Shown here: positions 1 to 9,755 of the stretch, one piece after another
Numbering within the stretch: position 1 is the stretch's first letter
How the letters are laid out: each line of letters starts with the position of its first letter
From: Nannocystales bacterium
GTDB lineage: Bacteria > Myxococcota_A > Polyangia > Nannocystales > Nannocystaceae
Direction: 5' to 3'
DNA length: 64,000 bases
NCBI GenBank assembly: GCA_050633305.1
Contig: JBOEGF010000020.1
Coordinates: 64,312 to 128,311, forward strand
Program-made: the position numbers and the translations under genes
The notes under the pieces: model-generated
The model's input: only the letters and a program-made list of their open reading frames with translations
What the model was told of the DNA's origin: nothing
Databases searched by the model: none

Positions 1-1
1 G

Positions 2-940
2 CGATTGCGCCCCGTCGGCGACGGCCACGGCGATGTCGTCGTCTGCGGACGCATCGAGTTGTCCGACGACTGCGTCCGAGAGTGGCTCGGTCGCCCAGTC
101 CGAAAGGGCCGGCGCAGAGAACGTCCCGTCTCCCAGACCTACCGCCTGGTGCAGCAAGCCGGACTCCAGCCGAGTGACCAGGGAGAAGCTGCCATCCGCG
201 AACTGCCGCACCCAGGCGGCCCCACCTCGTTCGCCGAACTCGACCGACTCTCCTTCGCTGTACGAGCCGTCGGCCTCCTGAAGCATCGCGACGACTCGTA
301 CCCGAGCCGCGTCCTCGACCGACAGCAACACGTCATCGTCGCCGTCACCGTCGACATCCACCGCGGCGGCTCCCACGACGTTGTCCGCGTTTGCGAGGGA
401 GACCGGGAGGGCCACCGCCGCTGCCGCCTCCTCGAGCGGCGCGACAGAGACCGGCACGGGCGCATCATCGATCACCGCGTCCAGCAACACGACCCGCTCA
501 TCGTCCGCGAGGCCCGCGGATGTGCCCGCGCCTTCGCCCTCGCGAACCCATGTCAACGCAACCTCGACCTCGTCATCGCACGCCCCGGGAATCGGGAGAG
601 CCTCGCAGTACGACCACGGCTCGCCCGCGTCGATGCACTCGCCAAGCTCGCAGTCTTCGTCTTCACGGCACTCGGGGCTCCCGTAGCTGGTCCCGTAGTA
701 CGTGTCGGTCCCGTAGTAGCTCGTTCCGTAGTAGCTCGTCCCGTAGTAACCAGTGGAGGGCTGTGGCGGGGTGGTGTCGGTATCGGGAAGCGGAGTGGTC
801 TCCCCCTCCGTGTCTGTCCCGGGCTCCGTCTCTCCCGCGACCCCCGAGTCCGTCTCACCTGCGATCGTCGGGTCACATCCGGCTGCCGTGACCACAACCC
901 CTGCCGTACCCAGGTTCCACAACCACGTCTTCAAAGCCAT
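2..940 (-). CDS. FG-GAP/VCBS-repeat lipoprotein, 3' end beyond left edge
   Basis: Read manually (absent from ORF track, no stop in window): MALKTWLWNLGTAGVVVTAAGC lipobox, T/E/G linker, YYGTS repeats, Cys motif CREDEDCELGECID, FG-GAP-like DVDGDGDDDVLL and GLGDGTF. Confidence 0.8.
   Translation of the reverse strand, partial: MALKTWLWNLGTAGVVVTAAGCDPTIAGETDSGVAGETEPGTDTEGETTPLPDTDTTPPQPSTGYYGTSYYGTSYYGTDTYYGTSYGSPECREDEDCELGECIDAGEPWSYCEALPIPGACDDEVEVALTWVREGEGAGTSAGLADDERVVLLDAVIDDAPVPVSVAPLEEAAAAVALPVSLANADNVVGAAAVDVDGDGDDDVLLSVEDAARVRVVAMLQEADGSYSEGESVEFGERGGAAWVRQFADGSFSLVTRLESGLLHQAVGLGDGTFSAPALSDWATEPLSDAVVGQLDASADDDIAVAVADGAQS
684..752 (-). repeat. Coding tandem repeat (YYGTS, about 4-5 imperfect 15-bp units)
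   Basis: Recurrent ccgtagtagctcgt on the + strand. Confidence 0.75.
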
Positions 941-1336
941 CTCCCCGCGGGGTGCAGATGCTGTGCCACCTCCCCGTACAAGCGATGTCATGAGCGTGAG
1001 CCGAAGGGAGCATGACACCGATGTCGTAGGTCGGAACCTTTCGTCTCGGCGGGCGGTCTCCGGGCTCGTCGGTGTCCACGCCCCACTCCCTGCAAAAGAC
1101 CCTTTCGTGTTGGAACCCCGCTGATCCCAGCGCCCGATTCCCGAGCGACCGAAGCCTGCCGAACCATGAGGGGCGGCCGAAGCAGAGCCCACAGGATTGG
1201 AGCTGGAAGGCAGCAGCGTCAGCGTTGCTGGGCTCCCGTTCAAGGAGCGAACGACACTCGACCCAGCCCCCGACCTCGACGTGCTCCTCACGAAGCTCGG
1301 CCCCCGACACGACGGCCGAGGATGAGATTGGTCGCC

Positions 1337-2182
1337 ATGACACTGCCGCCTGAGAGTAGAATCCTGTGGGTGGAGTGGGCTCTGTACGCCAACGTCGTGG
1401 TCGGGTCGGTGCTCGGAGGGATCGCGGTCCTGTGGGTCGTCGGCGGCTACTACCACCTGCGTTACTACGTGCGGCGCAGGCACGAGCCGGAGACGTGGAA
1501 ACTGCAACCGGGGCGGATGCCCACGGCCAAGCAACAGCGGAGGGCGATGGTGTTGAGCACGACCAATCTGGCGATCGGCGGCTTGCTCACCGGCAACCTG
1601 ATCTTCTTCGTGATGACGGGCGCTCTGAAGACACCAGTCTACGATGACGTGTCCGACTACGGTTGGATCTGGACGCTGGCGAGCGTACCGGTGCTCTTCT
1701 TCCTCATTGACGGCATCGCGTACTACGTCCACCGTTTCCTGCACATACGACCGATGTACCGTCGGTTCCACAGGGTGCACCATCGGTGGGGCGCACCGAC
1801 ACCGTGGGTTGTCATCGCCGTCCACCCGGTCGAGTTTCTGATACTCCAGGCCGCGACCTTCGTGCCGTTGTTCGTGCTGCCGTTCCACTTCATGGTGGTG
1901 ATCGCGGTGTTGGTCTACGTGCTCGCGTTCAATATCGTGGACCACTCGGGCGTGCGGCTCACCTCGGTTTGGCCCTGGCAGGGGCCCAGCGCCTATCACG
2001 ATGACCACCACGTGCACTTCCACGTGAACTTCGGCCAGCACCTCACGTTCTTCGACCGCATTCACGGCACGTTGCGCCGACACAAGCGCAGCTATGGCGC
2101 CGACACTTTCGGGGGCAAAGGCGCCCCCACATCCCTGGCCGTAGACGGAGAGTCTGCGCCCGAGTTTGTCGAGTACCGATGA
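1337..2182 (+). CDS. Sterol desaturase / fatty acid hydroxylase family protein
   Basis: His boxes HRFLH, HRVHH, HDDHH; DHSG; NFGQ..FFDRIHGT; hydrophobic helices. Start may be GTG at 1370. Confidence 0.9.
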   Translation: MTLPPESRILWVEWALYANVVVGSVLGGIAVLWVVGGYYHLRYYVRRRHEPETWKLQPGRMPTAKQQRRAMVLSTTNLAIGGLLTGNLIFFVMTGALKTPVYDDVSDYGWIWTLASVPVLFFLIDGIAYYVHRFLHIRPMYRRFHRVHHRWGAPTPWVVIAVHPVEFLILQAATFVPLFVLPFHFMVVIAVLVYVLAFNIVDHSGVRLTSVWPWQGPSAYHDDHHVHFHVNFGQHLTFFDRIHGTLRRHKRSYGADTFGGKGAPTSLAVDGESAPEFVEYR

Positions 2183-3291
2183 TGCCGTGGCGTGCGTTCA
2201 CAAGCCCCATCGATCAGTGGGCCGTACTGCCAACATTTCTCATCGGCGAATACGTCTTCATCGCACTCGCGGGCGCGTTGCTCGTGCATGCGACCAAGTC
2301 CGGCCGCACTCATGTTCTGTACTGGATCGGGGCGCTGGTCGCAGGCACGGCCAACGACCTCATCTTCATGGCCCTGCCGTTGGTCGACAACTTCTGGCAT
2401 TCGCAGGCCAGCATCATGCTCACGCCGCGGCTGCCGCTGTACATCCCGTGCGTGTACGTGAGCTTCATGTATTTGCCCGGCGTTGCGGTCCGCCGCCTGG
2501 GTCTGCCTCTGTTTTCGGGTGCCGCGCTCACCGGGTTACTCGCCCTGCTCTTCTACGCGCCCTTCGACATCACCGGCGCGAAGCTGGTCTGGTGGACGTG
2601 GCATGACACCGACCTTCCCGTAGCCCAGCGCTTGCTGGGTGCGCCTGCCAGCAGCAGCCTCTGGGTGCTGACGTTCACCGGGTCTTTCGCTCTGTTGCTC
2701 GGCTGGGCCGTGAAGCGCGACCCAGATGTCTCCACGGCAACCTTCGCGAGGGGGCTCATCCTTGTCGCCGCGCTTTCGAGCACCGTGATGGTTCTGCAGA
2801 TCACCGTGCTTCAGCAGCTCGATGGAGGCGCACCCGGCTACGTGGCACTCGGCGTCGGCGTCGGCCTGTACGTGACCGTCGCCGCGCTCGGCACCAAGCA
2901 AGCCAAGCCGACCCCTGCAGGCCAACTCGACTGGATGCCGAACGTTGGTGTCGTCGTCTACTACGTCGCGCTTTGGGGATGCGTTGCGCTCTTCGACCCG
3001 ACCGCGCACCGAAGCACCGGCGTGCACCAGGAGGTCGGAGAGTGCGGAGTCGAGGTCGCCGATATTGCCGGGCTCACCCGGCACCAATTCCTCTGCGCCT
3101 CCGACTTCGAGGAGAGCTTCACGTTCGACTGCGTGGAGGAGCCGCCACCCGACGGAGCCTCCTGGTACACCGTCTGCGGCCGCGGGCACGCCTCAAGATC
3201 CGCTTGGATCGCGGCCGTCATGCTCTACGGCGTCGTCGGCACGCTGATCTTCTCGTTCTTGTTCGGCGGGTTCCCTCGCAGGCGCCGCTGA
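2179..3291 (+). CDS. Multi-pass membrane protein (DUF7802-like), coupled to the desaturase
   Basis: ATGA overlap; about 8-9 TM segments; motifs DNFWHSQ, RLPLYI, PFDITGAKLVWWTWHDTD. Confidence 0.75.
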   Translation: MMPWRAFTSPIDQWAVLPTFLIGEYVFIALAGALLVHATKSGRTHVLYWIGALVAGTANDLIFMALPLVDNFWHSQASIMLTPRLPLYIPCVYVSFMYLPGVAVRRLGLPLFSGAALTGLLALLFYAPFDITGAKLVWWTWHDTDLPVAQRLLGAPASSSLWVLTFTGSFALLLGWAVKRDPDVSTATFARGLILVAALSSTVMVLQITVLQQLDGGAPGYVALGVGVGLYVTVAALGTKQAKPTPAGQLDWMPNVGVVVYYVALWGCVALFDPTAHRSTGVHQEVGECGVEVADIAGLTRHQFLCASDFEESFTFDCVEEPPPDGASWYTVCGRGHASRSAWIAAVMLYGVVGTLIFSFLFGGFPRRRR

Positions 3292-3407
3292 ATCCCCTGC
3301 GCAAGTGAGCGAAGCGGCGGCCGTATGTGTCGGGGCGAACACCCCCGGGTCGCGGAGCTCGCACGACTCCCACCGCACGTTGCTGCAGACGACTCGAGCC
3401 GTGAGGC

Positions 3408-3743
3408 TCAGGGCTCGATCGCGTGGGCCCGAGGCAGGCGCCCGCTGACTTTTGGCGGTCCTGCCGTCTCGGGCACGGTATTCACGTGGGTCGGTTCTTG
3501 TGCCAGCGAGGTGGGGGCCTCGACGTACTCACCCAGCACCCGGTGCGTCGCCTCCTCGATCATCGGCGTGACCGTCTGGCGCGATCCCTCGATCAGTTCG
3601 ACCGCCTCGGGAGTCTGCCCGATCCGGTCCATGTGTTCGGCGAACGTCCGTTCACCCAGCCGCACGTTGAACGAGCACCAAACCGCCCCCAGAAGGAGGG
3701 CAATTGCGAGAACGCTCCGGATGAAGCTCGACACCACACCCAT
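3408..3743 (-). CDS. Small membrane-anchored hypothetical protein
   Basis: N-terminal TM (VLAIALLLGAVWCSF) followed by V.LGERTFAEH..RIGQT; start chosen at MGVVSS. Confidence 0.6.
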   Translation of the reverse strand: MGVVSSFIRSVLAIALLLGAVWCSFNVRLGERTFAEHMDRIGQTPEAVELIEGSRQTVTPMIEEATHRVLGEYVEAPTSLAQEPTHVNTVPETAGPPKVSGRLPRAHAIEP

Positions 3744-3919
3744 TGTGGCCAGCGGGCGATGCAGCGCCAATTTTCCGACAAACGGGGGCATTGGGGATGG
3801 CGGGTGCCGACTCGCACGAGAAGATGTGACCCAAGCCACTCCCCGCTCATTCAGCGGTGCATGAGCGTGCAACGGGTTTGCACGTACCACCGCCCCCGCC
3901 GCGGGACTACCCCAAGTGC

Positions 3920-5143
3920 ATGACTCCTGCACGAACCATCCGCGGCGCTGCCCTCCTCCTCGCGCTCGGCCTCGCCGCTTGCGGTGAATCCACCGACGAC
4001 GGTCCGGAGGATTCCGATCAGACGCCGGTCTCCTGTGCGCCGGACTGCGACATGGCGTTCGTCGAGCCCGGAGACCACGCGGCGGGATACCAGGTGTTGC
4101 AAGCCGGCGACCTCCAACTGAAGGCCTGGTACCCGACCGACGAACCCGCGACGGCGATCGAGTATTCGGTGAACCTCAAGTTCCCCATGTGGCCCTCGAA
4201 CCCCAACACCATCCTCGGCGAGGCCGCATTGGACGCCCCGGTCGCCCAAGACGGACCCTACCCCTTGGTGGTCCTCTCTCACGGATTCTCGGGCAACCCA
4301 GAGTGGTACCGGACGCTCGGCGAGCACCTCGCGACCCACGGGTACGTCGTGTTGGCCCCGGAGCACAGCGAGTCGGACTGGGCGACCGATGTTGTCCCCG
4401 CCAGTCTCACGCGCCCCGCCGACATCTCCGCCACCATCGACTTCGCCGAAGACGGGCCGCTGTCACAGCACATCAACGCCGAACTCGTCGCCGTGGTCGG
4501 ACACTCGTATGGTGGCTACACCGCGCTGGCTTCGGCGGGCGCCCAGTATGACCTCGTCGGCCTCGCTCAGCGGTGTGAATCGGTCGAGGACGAGTTCGTC
4601 GCGGGCTACTTCTGCGCGCCCTTCCTCGCGCAGCAGGACGTTCTCGCGGCCGGGCTTGGCATCGAGGTTCCCGACTCCGGCCTTTGGCCAGCGCTCGGAG
4701 ATGACCGGGTCGACGCGATCGCGGCCCTTGCCGGGGACGCGTACCTCTTTGGCCCCGAAGGTCTCGCCTCGGTCACCGTCCCCACCCTGGCGCTCGGCGG
4801 GACGCTCGACACCGGCACCCCCTGGGATTGGGGTTCGGCGATGACCTTCGAGCACGTCGGCAGCAGCCAGCGATACCTGGTCGGGATGGAAGGTGGAGAG
4901 CATTTCCTGCCGATGGCCGACTGCGCAGACCTCCCTTGGAGCACCGACCTCCCGGAGTTCCAGCAGAGCTACATCTGCAACGACCCAGCCTGGGACAAAC
5001 AAGAGGCGCTCGACGTCGTGCACCACTTCACAACGGCGTTTCTGCGCGCCAACCTCCAGCAGGACCCGGTTGCGGTCGAGGCGCTCGACCCTGCGCTCTA
5101 CGCTGACATCGAAGCGATCTCGTACTCCGCGGCGTTCAACTGA
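3920..5143 (+). CDS. Alpha/beta hydrolase lipoprotein (dienelactone hydrolase / PAF-AH-like)
   Basis: Lipobox LAAC; PLVVLSHG, LATHGYVVLAPEH, nucleophile GHSYGG, GGEHF. Confidence 0.9.
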   Translation: MTPARTIRGAALLLALGLAACGESTDDGPEDSDQTPVSCAPDCDMAFVEPGDHAAGYQVLQAGDLQLKAWYPTDEPATAIEYSVNLKFPMWPSNPNTILGEAALDAPVAQDGPYPLVVLSHGFSGNPEWYRTLGEHLATHGYVVLAPEHSESDWATDVVPASLTRPADISATIDFAEDGPLSQHINAELVAVVGHSYGGYTALASAGAQYDLVGLAQRCESVEDEFVAGYFCAPFLAQQDVLAAGLGIEVPDSGLWPALGDDRVDAIAALAGDAYLFGPEGLASVTVPTLALGGTLDTGTPWDWGSAMTFEHVGSSQRYLVGMEGGEHFLPMADCADLPWSTDLPEFQQSYICNDPAWDKQEALDVVHHFTTAFLRANLQQDPVAVEALDPALYADIEAISYSAAFN

Positions 5144-6581
5144 ACTGCATCACGCCATCGTCGACCTTGCCCGCCCGCAGCGTCAGCAGGTCGAAGAAGT
5201 AGTTCTGCTTGAGCTTCCACGGCGCCTTCGAGCCCGCCTTGGGGAGCTGAGCGCTCGCCCGCTGAATGTACCCCGCCTGCAGATCCATGAACGGCTCCTC
5301 CTTGATGGAGTCGTCGGTTTGGCGAGGAACACATGCGGTATGGCCGTGCTCTTTCATGTGGTTGAGCAGACGGCACACGTACACGCTGGTGAGGTCGGCC
5401 TTCAGGGTCCACGACGCGTTCGTGTAGCCGAAACACATGGCCAAGTTCGGCACGTCGCTGAACATCATGGCCTTGTAGCTCATGCGCTCGGCGGCGCTGA
5501 GGGGCTCACCGTCGATGAACACCTCGACCCCGCCAAGCACCTTGATCCGCAGCCCGGTCGCGGACACAACCAGGTCGGCCGGCAACGTCGTCCCGTTTTT
5601 GAGTCGGATGCCTTCGGGTACGAACCGGTCGATGTGCCCCGTGGTGACAGACGCCTTCCCACCGCGCAATGCGTCGAAGAGGTCGGAGTCCGGCACTAGG
5701 CAGAGGCGCTGGTCCCAGGGTCCGTACGGCGGGTTGAAGTGCGTGTCGACGTCGTAGCCCTCGCCGAGTTCTTTCTCGACGCCGCGCATGATCACCTTCT
5801 TCATCGCCCCCGGCGCGCGCTGGCAAAGGTTGAAGAAGACCTGACCTGCGGCCACGTTCTTCCAGCGCGTGAGCCCATACGCCAGTTTGGAGGGGAGACG
5901 TCGCCGCAGCGCATTGGCGATCTTGTCCTCCGCCGGCCGCGTGACGACATAGGTCGGCGTGCGCTGCAGCATGGTGACGTGTTTGGCCGTCTTGGCCATC
6001 GCGGGGACCAACGTCACCGCCGTGGCACCACTGCCGATCACCACCACGTTCTTGCCCGCGTAGTCGATGTCCTCGGTCCACTTCTGCGGATGAACGACCT
6101 CACCGTCGAAGTCCCCGACCCCGTCGAACTCGGGCATGTAGCCCTTGTCGTAGTCGTAGTACCCGCTGCACATGAACAGGAAGCCGCATGTCACGTCCTC
6201 GGTCGTCTCGGTATCCGTACGGGACACAGTCACTGTCCATCGCGCGTCCTTCGACGACCAGCAGGCCGAGATGGCCTTGCTGTTGAACTGGATGTGACGG
6301 TCGATGCCATAGACCTCGGCCGTGTCTTTTACGTACTCGAGGATCGCCGGTCCGTCGGCGATCGCTTTCGCTTCGGTCCACGGCCGAAACGAATATCCGA
6401 GCGTGTGCATGTCCGAGTCCGAGCGGATGCCCGGGTACCGAAAGAGGTCCCAGGTTCCGCCCAGCCGCGGACGCCCCTCGAGGATCGCGTAGCTCTTCCC
6501 CGGACACATCTTTTGGATGTGGTAGCCAGCGCCAATACCCGACAACCCAGCGCCAACGATGAGGACGTCGTAGTGCTCCAC
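5136..6581 (-). CDS. Flavin-containing (Baeyer-Villiger, EthA-like) monooxygenase
   Basis: GAGLSG, GGTWDLFRYPGIRSDSD, FDGEVVHPQKW fingerprint, GSGATA, ATG motif. Confidence 0.93.
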   Translation of the reverse strand: MEHYDVLIVGAGLSGIGAGYHIQKMCPGKSYAILEGRPRLGGTWDLFRYPGIRSDSDMHTLGYSFRPWTEAKAIADGPAILEYVKDTAEVYGIDRHIQFNSKAISACWSSKDARWTVTVSRTDTETTEDVTCGFLFMCSGYYDYDKGYMPEFDGVGDFDGEVVHPQKWTEDIDYAGKNVVVIGSGATAVTLVPAMAKTAKHVTMLQRTPTYVVTRPAEDKIANALRRRLPSKLAYGLTRWKNVAAGQVFFNLCQRAPGAMKKVIMRGVEKELGEGYDVDTHFNPPYGPWDQRLCLVPDSDLFDALRGGKASVTTGHIDRFVPEGIRLKNGTTLPADLVVSATGLRIKVLGGVEVFIDGEPLSAAERMSYKAMMFSDVPNLAMCFGYTNASWTLKADLTSVYVCRLLNHMKEHGHTACVPRQTDDSIKEEPFMDLQAGYIQRASAQLPKAGSKAPWKLKQNYFFDLLTLRAGKVDDGVMQFS

Positions 6582-6701
6582 GACCCGCAGCCTACCGCGG
6601 ACGCTCCAAAGCCGAAGCCGCGAGATTTGCGAGCATGGAAGGCGGGATTGCAGCCGGCACGGGAGCTCGCCATCGTCGGTGTCCAGGCAGCCGTCGATGC
6701 T

Positions 6702-8036
6702 TTACAGACCGTGTTTCCGCAGTTTGTCGTGCAGGGTTGCTCGCCCGATCCCCAGGGCTTTGGCCGCCTCGGTCCGGTTGCCATCGGCCTCCGCCAGCGC
6801 TCCTTCGAGCTGCGCTCGCTCGAACGCATCCATCCGCGCCTTGAGCGTCCCCGAGGACGTGGGCGCCGCCTTCGGGATGTCCTCAAACCCTGAAAGGTCC
6901 AGCGTCCCTTCCTCCGACAGCGCCACCAAGCTCTCGATCTCGTTCGCGAGTTCACGCACGTTTCCGGGCCACGAGCGCCGCTGCAGCGCAGCGGTCAGTT
7001 CCGGGGTCGGCTGGACCGGTGGGACGCCCATCCGGTCGGCGCTGGTCTTGAGGAACGACGCGGTGAGCAAGGGGATGTCCTCCGGCCGTTCCCGCAAGGG
7101 CGGCAGTTCCAGCACCACAACCTTGAGTCGATAGTAGAGATCCTCGCGAAACCGGCCGGCCTCGACCTCCGCTTCGAGGTTGCGGTGGGTCGCTGCCAGC
7201 ACTCGGACGTCGACCGGAGTCGGGCGGTCATCCCCGACGGGCCGAACCTCGCGCTCTTGGAGGACCCGCAGCAACTTGGCCTGGGCGTTCGGCGCCAGCT
7301 CGCCGACCTCGTCGAGGAAGATCGTGCCGCCGTCCGCCTCCCGAAATAGACCCGAGCGCGCCCGGTGGGCCCCGGTGTACGCCCCCTTGGCATGTCCGAA
7401 GAGCTCCGCGTCCGCGAGCTCGGGGCTCAACGCGGCGCAGTTGAAGCGCACGAAATGCCCGCGCGCCCGACCCGAGGCCGCCACGATCGCCTCGGCGAGT
7501 TTCTCCTTTCCGGTCCCGGACTCTCCACGGATCAGAACCGTGACGTCTCGCGGCGCAACCCGCCGGACCAGGACCGCCAAGCGACGCATCTGGGGTGACT
7601 CGAACACCATCGTGCGACGAAGCGCGAGCTCGCCTTCGAGTTGCTCGTTGTGCGCCCGGAGCCGAACCGATTCGAGCGCGCGCTCCACCACCGCCAGGAG
7701 CTCGTCCATGTCGAACGGCTTGCGAAAGTAGTCGTACGCCCCGCGTTTGACCGCATCCACCGCGAGTCGCTCGCTGCCGTGTGCGGTGATGAGCACAACC
7801 TTTGGAGGGTCCGTCCGCGCGACGATGCGATCCAACAGCTCGAGACCGCTCAGACCGGGCATCCGAAGGTCTGTGATGACGAGGCTGGGGTGTTCGCCAG
7901 GGTCGCCATCGAGGATTCGCAGAGCCTCCTGAGCACCCGAGGCCTGAGCGACCTCGACATCGTGCTCCTCGAGAATCCCCGCGATCGTGTACCGGACGCC
8001 GTCATCGTCGTCGACGATCAGAACACGAGGCTTCAT
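6702..8036 (-). CDS. Sigma-54-dependent response regulator (NtrC family: REC-AAA+-Fis HTH)
   Basis: VDDD/TDLRMPG receiver, GESGTGKE Walker A, GAYTGA loop, FLDEVGE, WPGNVREL, C-terminal HTH. Confidence 0.95.
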   Translation of the reverse strand: MKPRVLIVDDDDGVRYTIAGILEEHDVEVAQASGAQEALRILDGDPGEHPSLVITDLRMPGLSGLELLDRIVARTDPPKVVLITAHGSERLAVDAVKRGAYDYFRKPFDMDELLAVVERALESVRLRAHNEQLEGELALRRTMVFESPQMRRLAVLVRRVAPRDVTVLIRGESGTGKEKLAEAIVAASGRARGHFVRFNCAALSPELADAELFGHAKGAYTGAHRARSGLFREADGGTIFLDEVGELAPNAQAKLLRVLQEREVRPVGDDRPTPVDVRVLAATHRNLEAEVEAGRFREDLYYRLKVVVLELPPLRERPEDIPLLTASFLKTSADRMGVPPVQPTPELTAALQRRSWPGNVRELANEIESLVALSEEGTLDLSGFEDIPKAAPTSSGTLKARMDAFERAQLEGALAEADGNRTEAAKALGIGRATLHDKLRKHGL

Positions 8037-9442
8037 CCCACCTCCCGAACCGCACCTGGCAGCACCACCCTGGCCACACAACCCCCCTCAGGACGGGTCG
8101 AGAGCGTGAGCGTTCCGCAATGCTGCTCCACGATCGCCCGTGCGACGGTCAGGCCCAAGCCGTTTCCGTCTTCTTTCGTCGTCACGCCAGGCTTGAACGC
8201 GTCGTAGGTCGGACCGACGTTGAGACCAGGTCCAGAGTCGTGAACCTCGAACATCACCCCCGCCTCCGTTGCGACGCCGACAAGGCGGACCTCGCTGTCG
8301 GGCGGCGCAGCTTCCAGCGCGTTCTGCAACAGGTTGATGAGCACCTGACCGATCTTGCGGCCATCACCATCCACGACCAGGTCCTCCTCCACCTCGACGT
8401 GGGTCGTGACCGAGAGCGACGCCGCCATGGCCTCGTGCAGCGAGATCACGTCCGCACACATCGGGGCGACGTCGACAGCCGAGCGCGTCAAGGGAGTGAG
8501 CGGGCGAGAGAAGTTTAGAAACTCATCGAGGATCTCCTGCATCCGCGAGACCTCTCGCTCCAGCACACCAAGCCGTTCGGCGGCTTTCACGTCCTCGGGA
8601 CGACACCCTCTGAGCAACAACTGCGCGAGTCCCTTCACCGACGCGAGCGGGTTCTTGAGTTCGTGGGCGATCTCGCCGGACATCATCGTGAGGTCATCCG
8701 CCCGCTGCCTGTAGACGCCGAGCGCGGCACGCTGGGCGGACTGGAGGTGCTCCAGGTTCTGTCGCGCCTCACGCCGCAGTCGACTGCCGAGCATCCCGAA
8801 CATGGAGACCAGCGACGCCATCACCGAACCCACCACCACCAGCCGAGGCATGCTCAGCTCGCCGACGTCGCGAAACGGAACCGGCACGAGGGACGGGATT
8901 GCGTCCGTCCAGTGGAGCACGGTGAACAGCAACAACACCGGGAGTTGGAGGAACCACACCAGCCGCAGCACGCCCCATCGGTCCGCGAGCAAACCAGCCA
9001 GAAACGCGGCAGGCAACATGAGCGGGAGCATCGGGCTCACCAGCCCCCCTGTCGCGAAGATCATGACCGCCTGGAGAGCGATCATCGCGCTGAGGTTCCG
9101 CCTCACGCCCGAGAGCTGCACACCATGCGCTCGAAAGCGCCGACGTGTGGCCATGTCCAACATCGTCATGTGAACGACGGCCGCCAACAACAACAGGCGC
9201 CGCCACCAGGCGGGATCGGCTGCTGCCATCCACAACGTGAATGCCATCGTGACAAACAGGAGGAACAGCCGTCCGCGAACCGCGGAGTCGAAGGCGCCCA
9301 CCATCCCCCGCCGCTCGAACTCCTCGAAGCCTGGCTCCGAGCGCACCTCGACAGTCCAGCTGATGGAGCCGCCAAGTGCATCTCGAACTGCCGCGTGCTC
9401 GTAGGCCAAGATCGGCTCGGTAATCTTTCGGAATAGGTTCAC
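8033..9442 (-). CDS. Membrane sensor histidine kinase
   Basis: Multiple TM helices, IAHELKNPL H-box, NLLQNALEA, DSGPG, GNGLGL; stop overlaps regulator start. Confidence 0.95.
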   Translation of the reverse strand: MNLFRKITEPILAYEHAAVRDALGGSISWTVEVRSEPGFEEFERRGMVGAFDSAVRGRLFLLFVTMAFTLWMAAADPAWWRRLLLLAAVVHMTMLDMATRRRFRAHGVQLSGVRRNLSAMIALQAVMIFATGGLVSPMLPLMLPAAFLAGLLADRWGVLRLVWFLQLPVLLLFTVLHWTDAIPSLVPVPFRDVGELSMPRLVVVGSVMASLVSMFGMLGSRLRREARQNLEHLQSAQRAALGVYRQRADDLTMMSGEIAHELKNPLASVKGLAQLLLRGCRPEDVKAAERLGVLEREVSRMQEILDEFLNFSRPLTPLTRSAVDVAPMCADVISLHEAMAASLSVTTHVEVEEDLVVDGDGRKIGQVLINLLQNALEAAPPDSEVRLVGVATEAGVMFEVHDSGPGLNVGPTYDAFKPGVTTKEDGNGLGLTVARAIVEQHCGTLTLSTRPEGGCVARVVLPGAVREVG

Positions 9443-9573
9443 GGAGGACCCTGGCTCGTGTCGTGCGTCCGGTCGGCGGTGACCACCTCACCCCTGCGTG
9501 AGAAGCGTACCCGATGCCTCGGGAAGCCCTCGTCGAGCCGGTGGACCAAGGTCGCGGGTGTCGGAGACGTCAT
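9439..9573 (-). CDS. Possible 44-aa leader/small protein preceding the kinase
   Basis: ATG at the predicted sigma-54 start site; its TGA overlaps the kinase GTG. Confidence 0.35.
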   Translation of the reverse strand: MTSPTPATLVHRLDEGFPRHRVRFSRRGEVVTADRTHDTSQGPP

Positions 9574-9581
9574 CGAGGCAG

Positions 9582-9597
9582 AGCAAGTCCGGTGCCA
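9582..9597 (-). promoter_or_regulatory. Sigma-54 -24/-12 promoter for the kinase-regulator operon
   Basis: Minus strand TGGCACCGGACTTGCT matches TGGCAC-N5-TTGCW. Confidence 0.8.
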
Positions 9598-9739
9598 GCT
9601 GCCAAACATCGGGAATCCAGGATGCGCCGGGGTCGCGGGCGCCGGATCTCCGAACAAACACCACCCCGATGTGCGGGGATCCGGCGGCTTGTCGACGACC
9701 AGCTCCCATAAACCGCGGGCGTGGACCGCGACGCGGAGC

Positions 9740-9755
9740 TGGCACGCGGCTTGCT
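9740..9755 (+). promoter_or_regulatory. Sigma-54 -24/-12 promoter for the ECF sigma gene
   Basis: TGGCACGCGGCTTGCT matches TGGCACG-N4-TTGCW. Confidence 0.85.

Noticed and set aside
5..1015. 336-aa plus-strand ORF
   Set aside because: Antisense shadow of the minus-strand FG-GAP lipoprotein; Arg/His-rich composition typical of GC-rich off-frames
873..1343. 156-aa minus-strand ORF
   Set aside because: Overlaps both neighbours and has no recognisable motif
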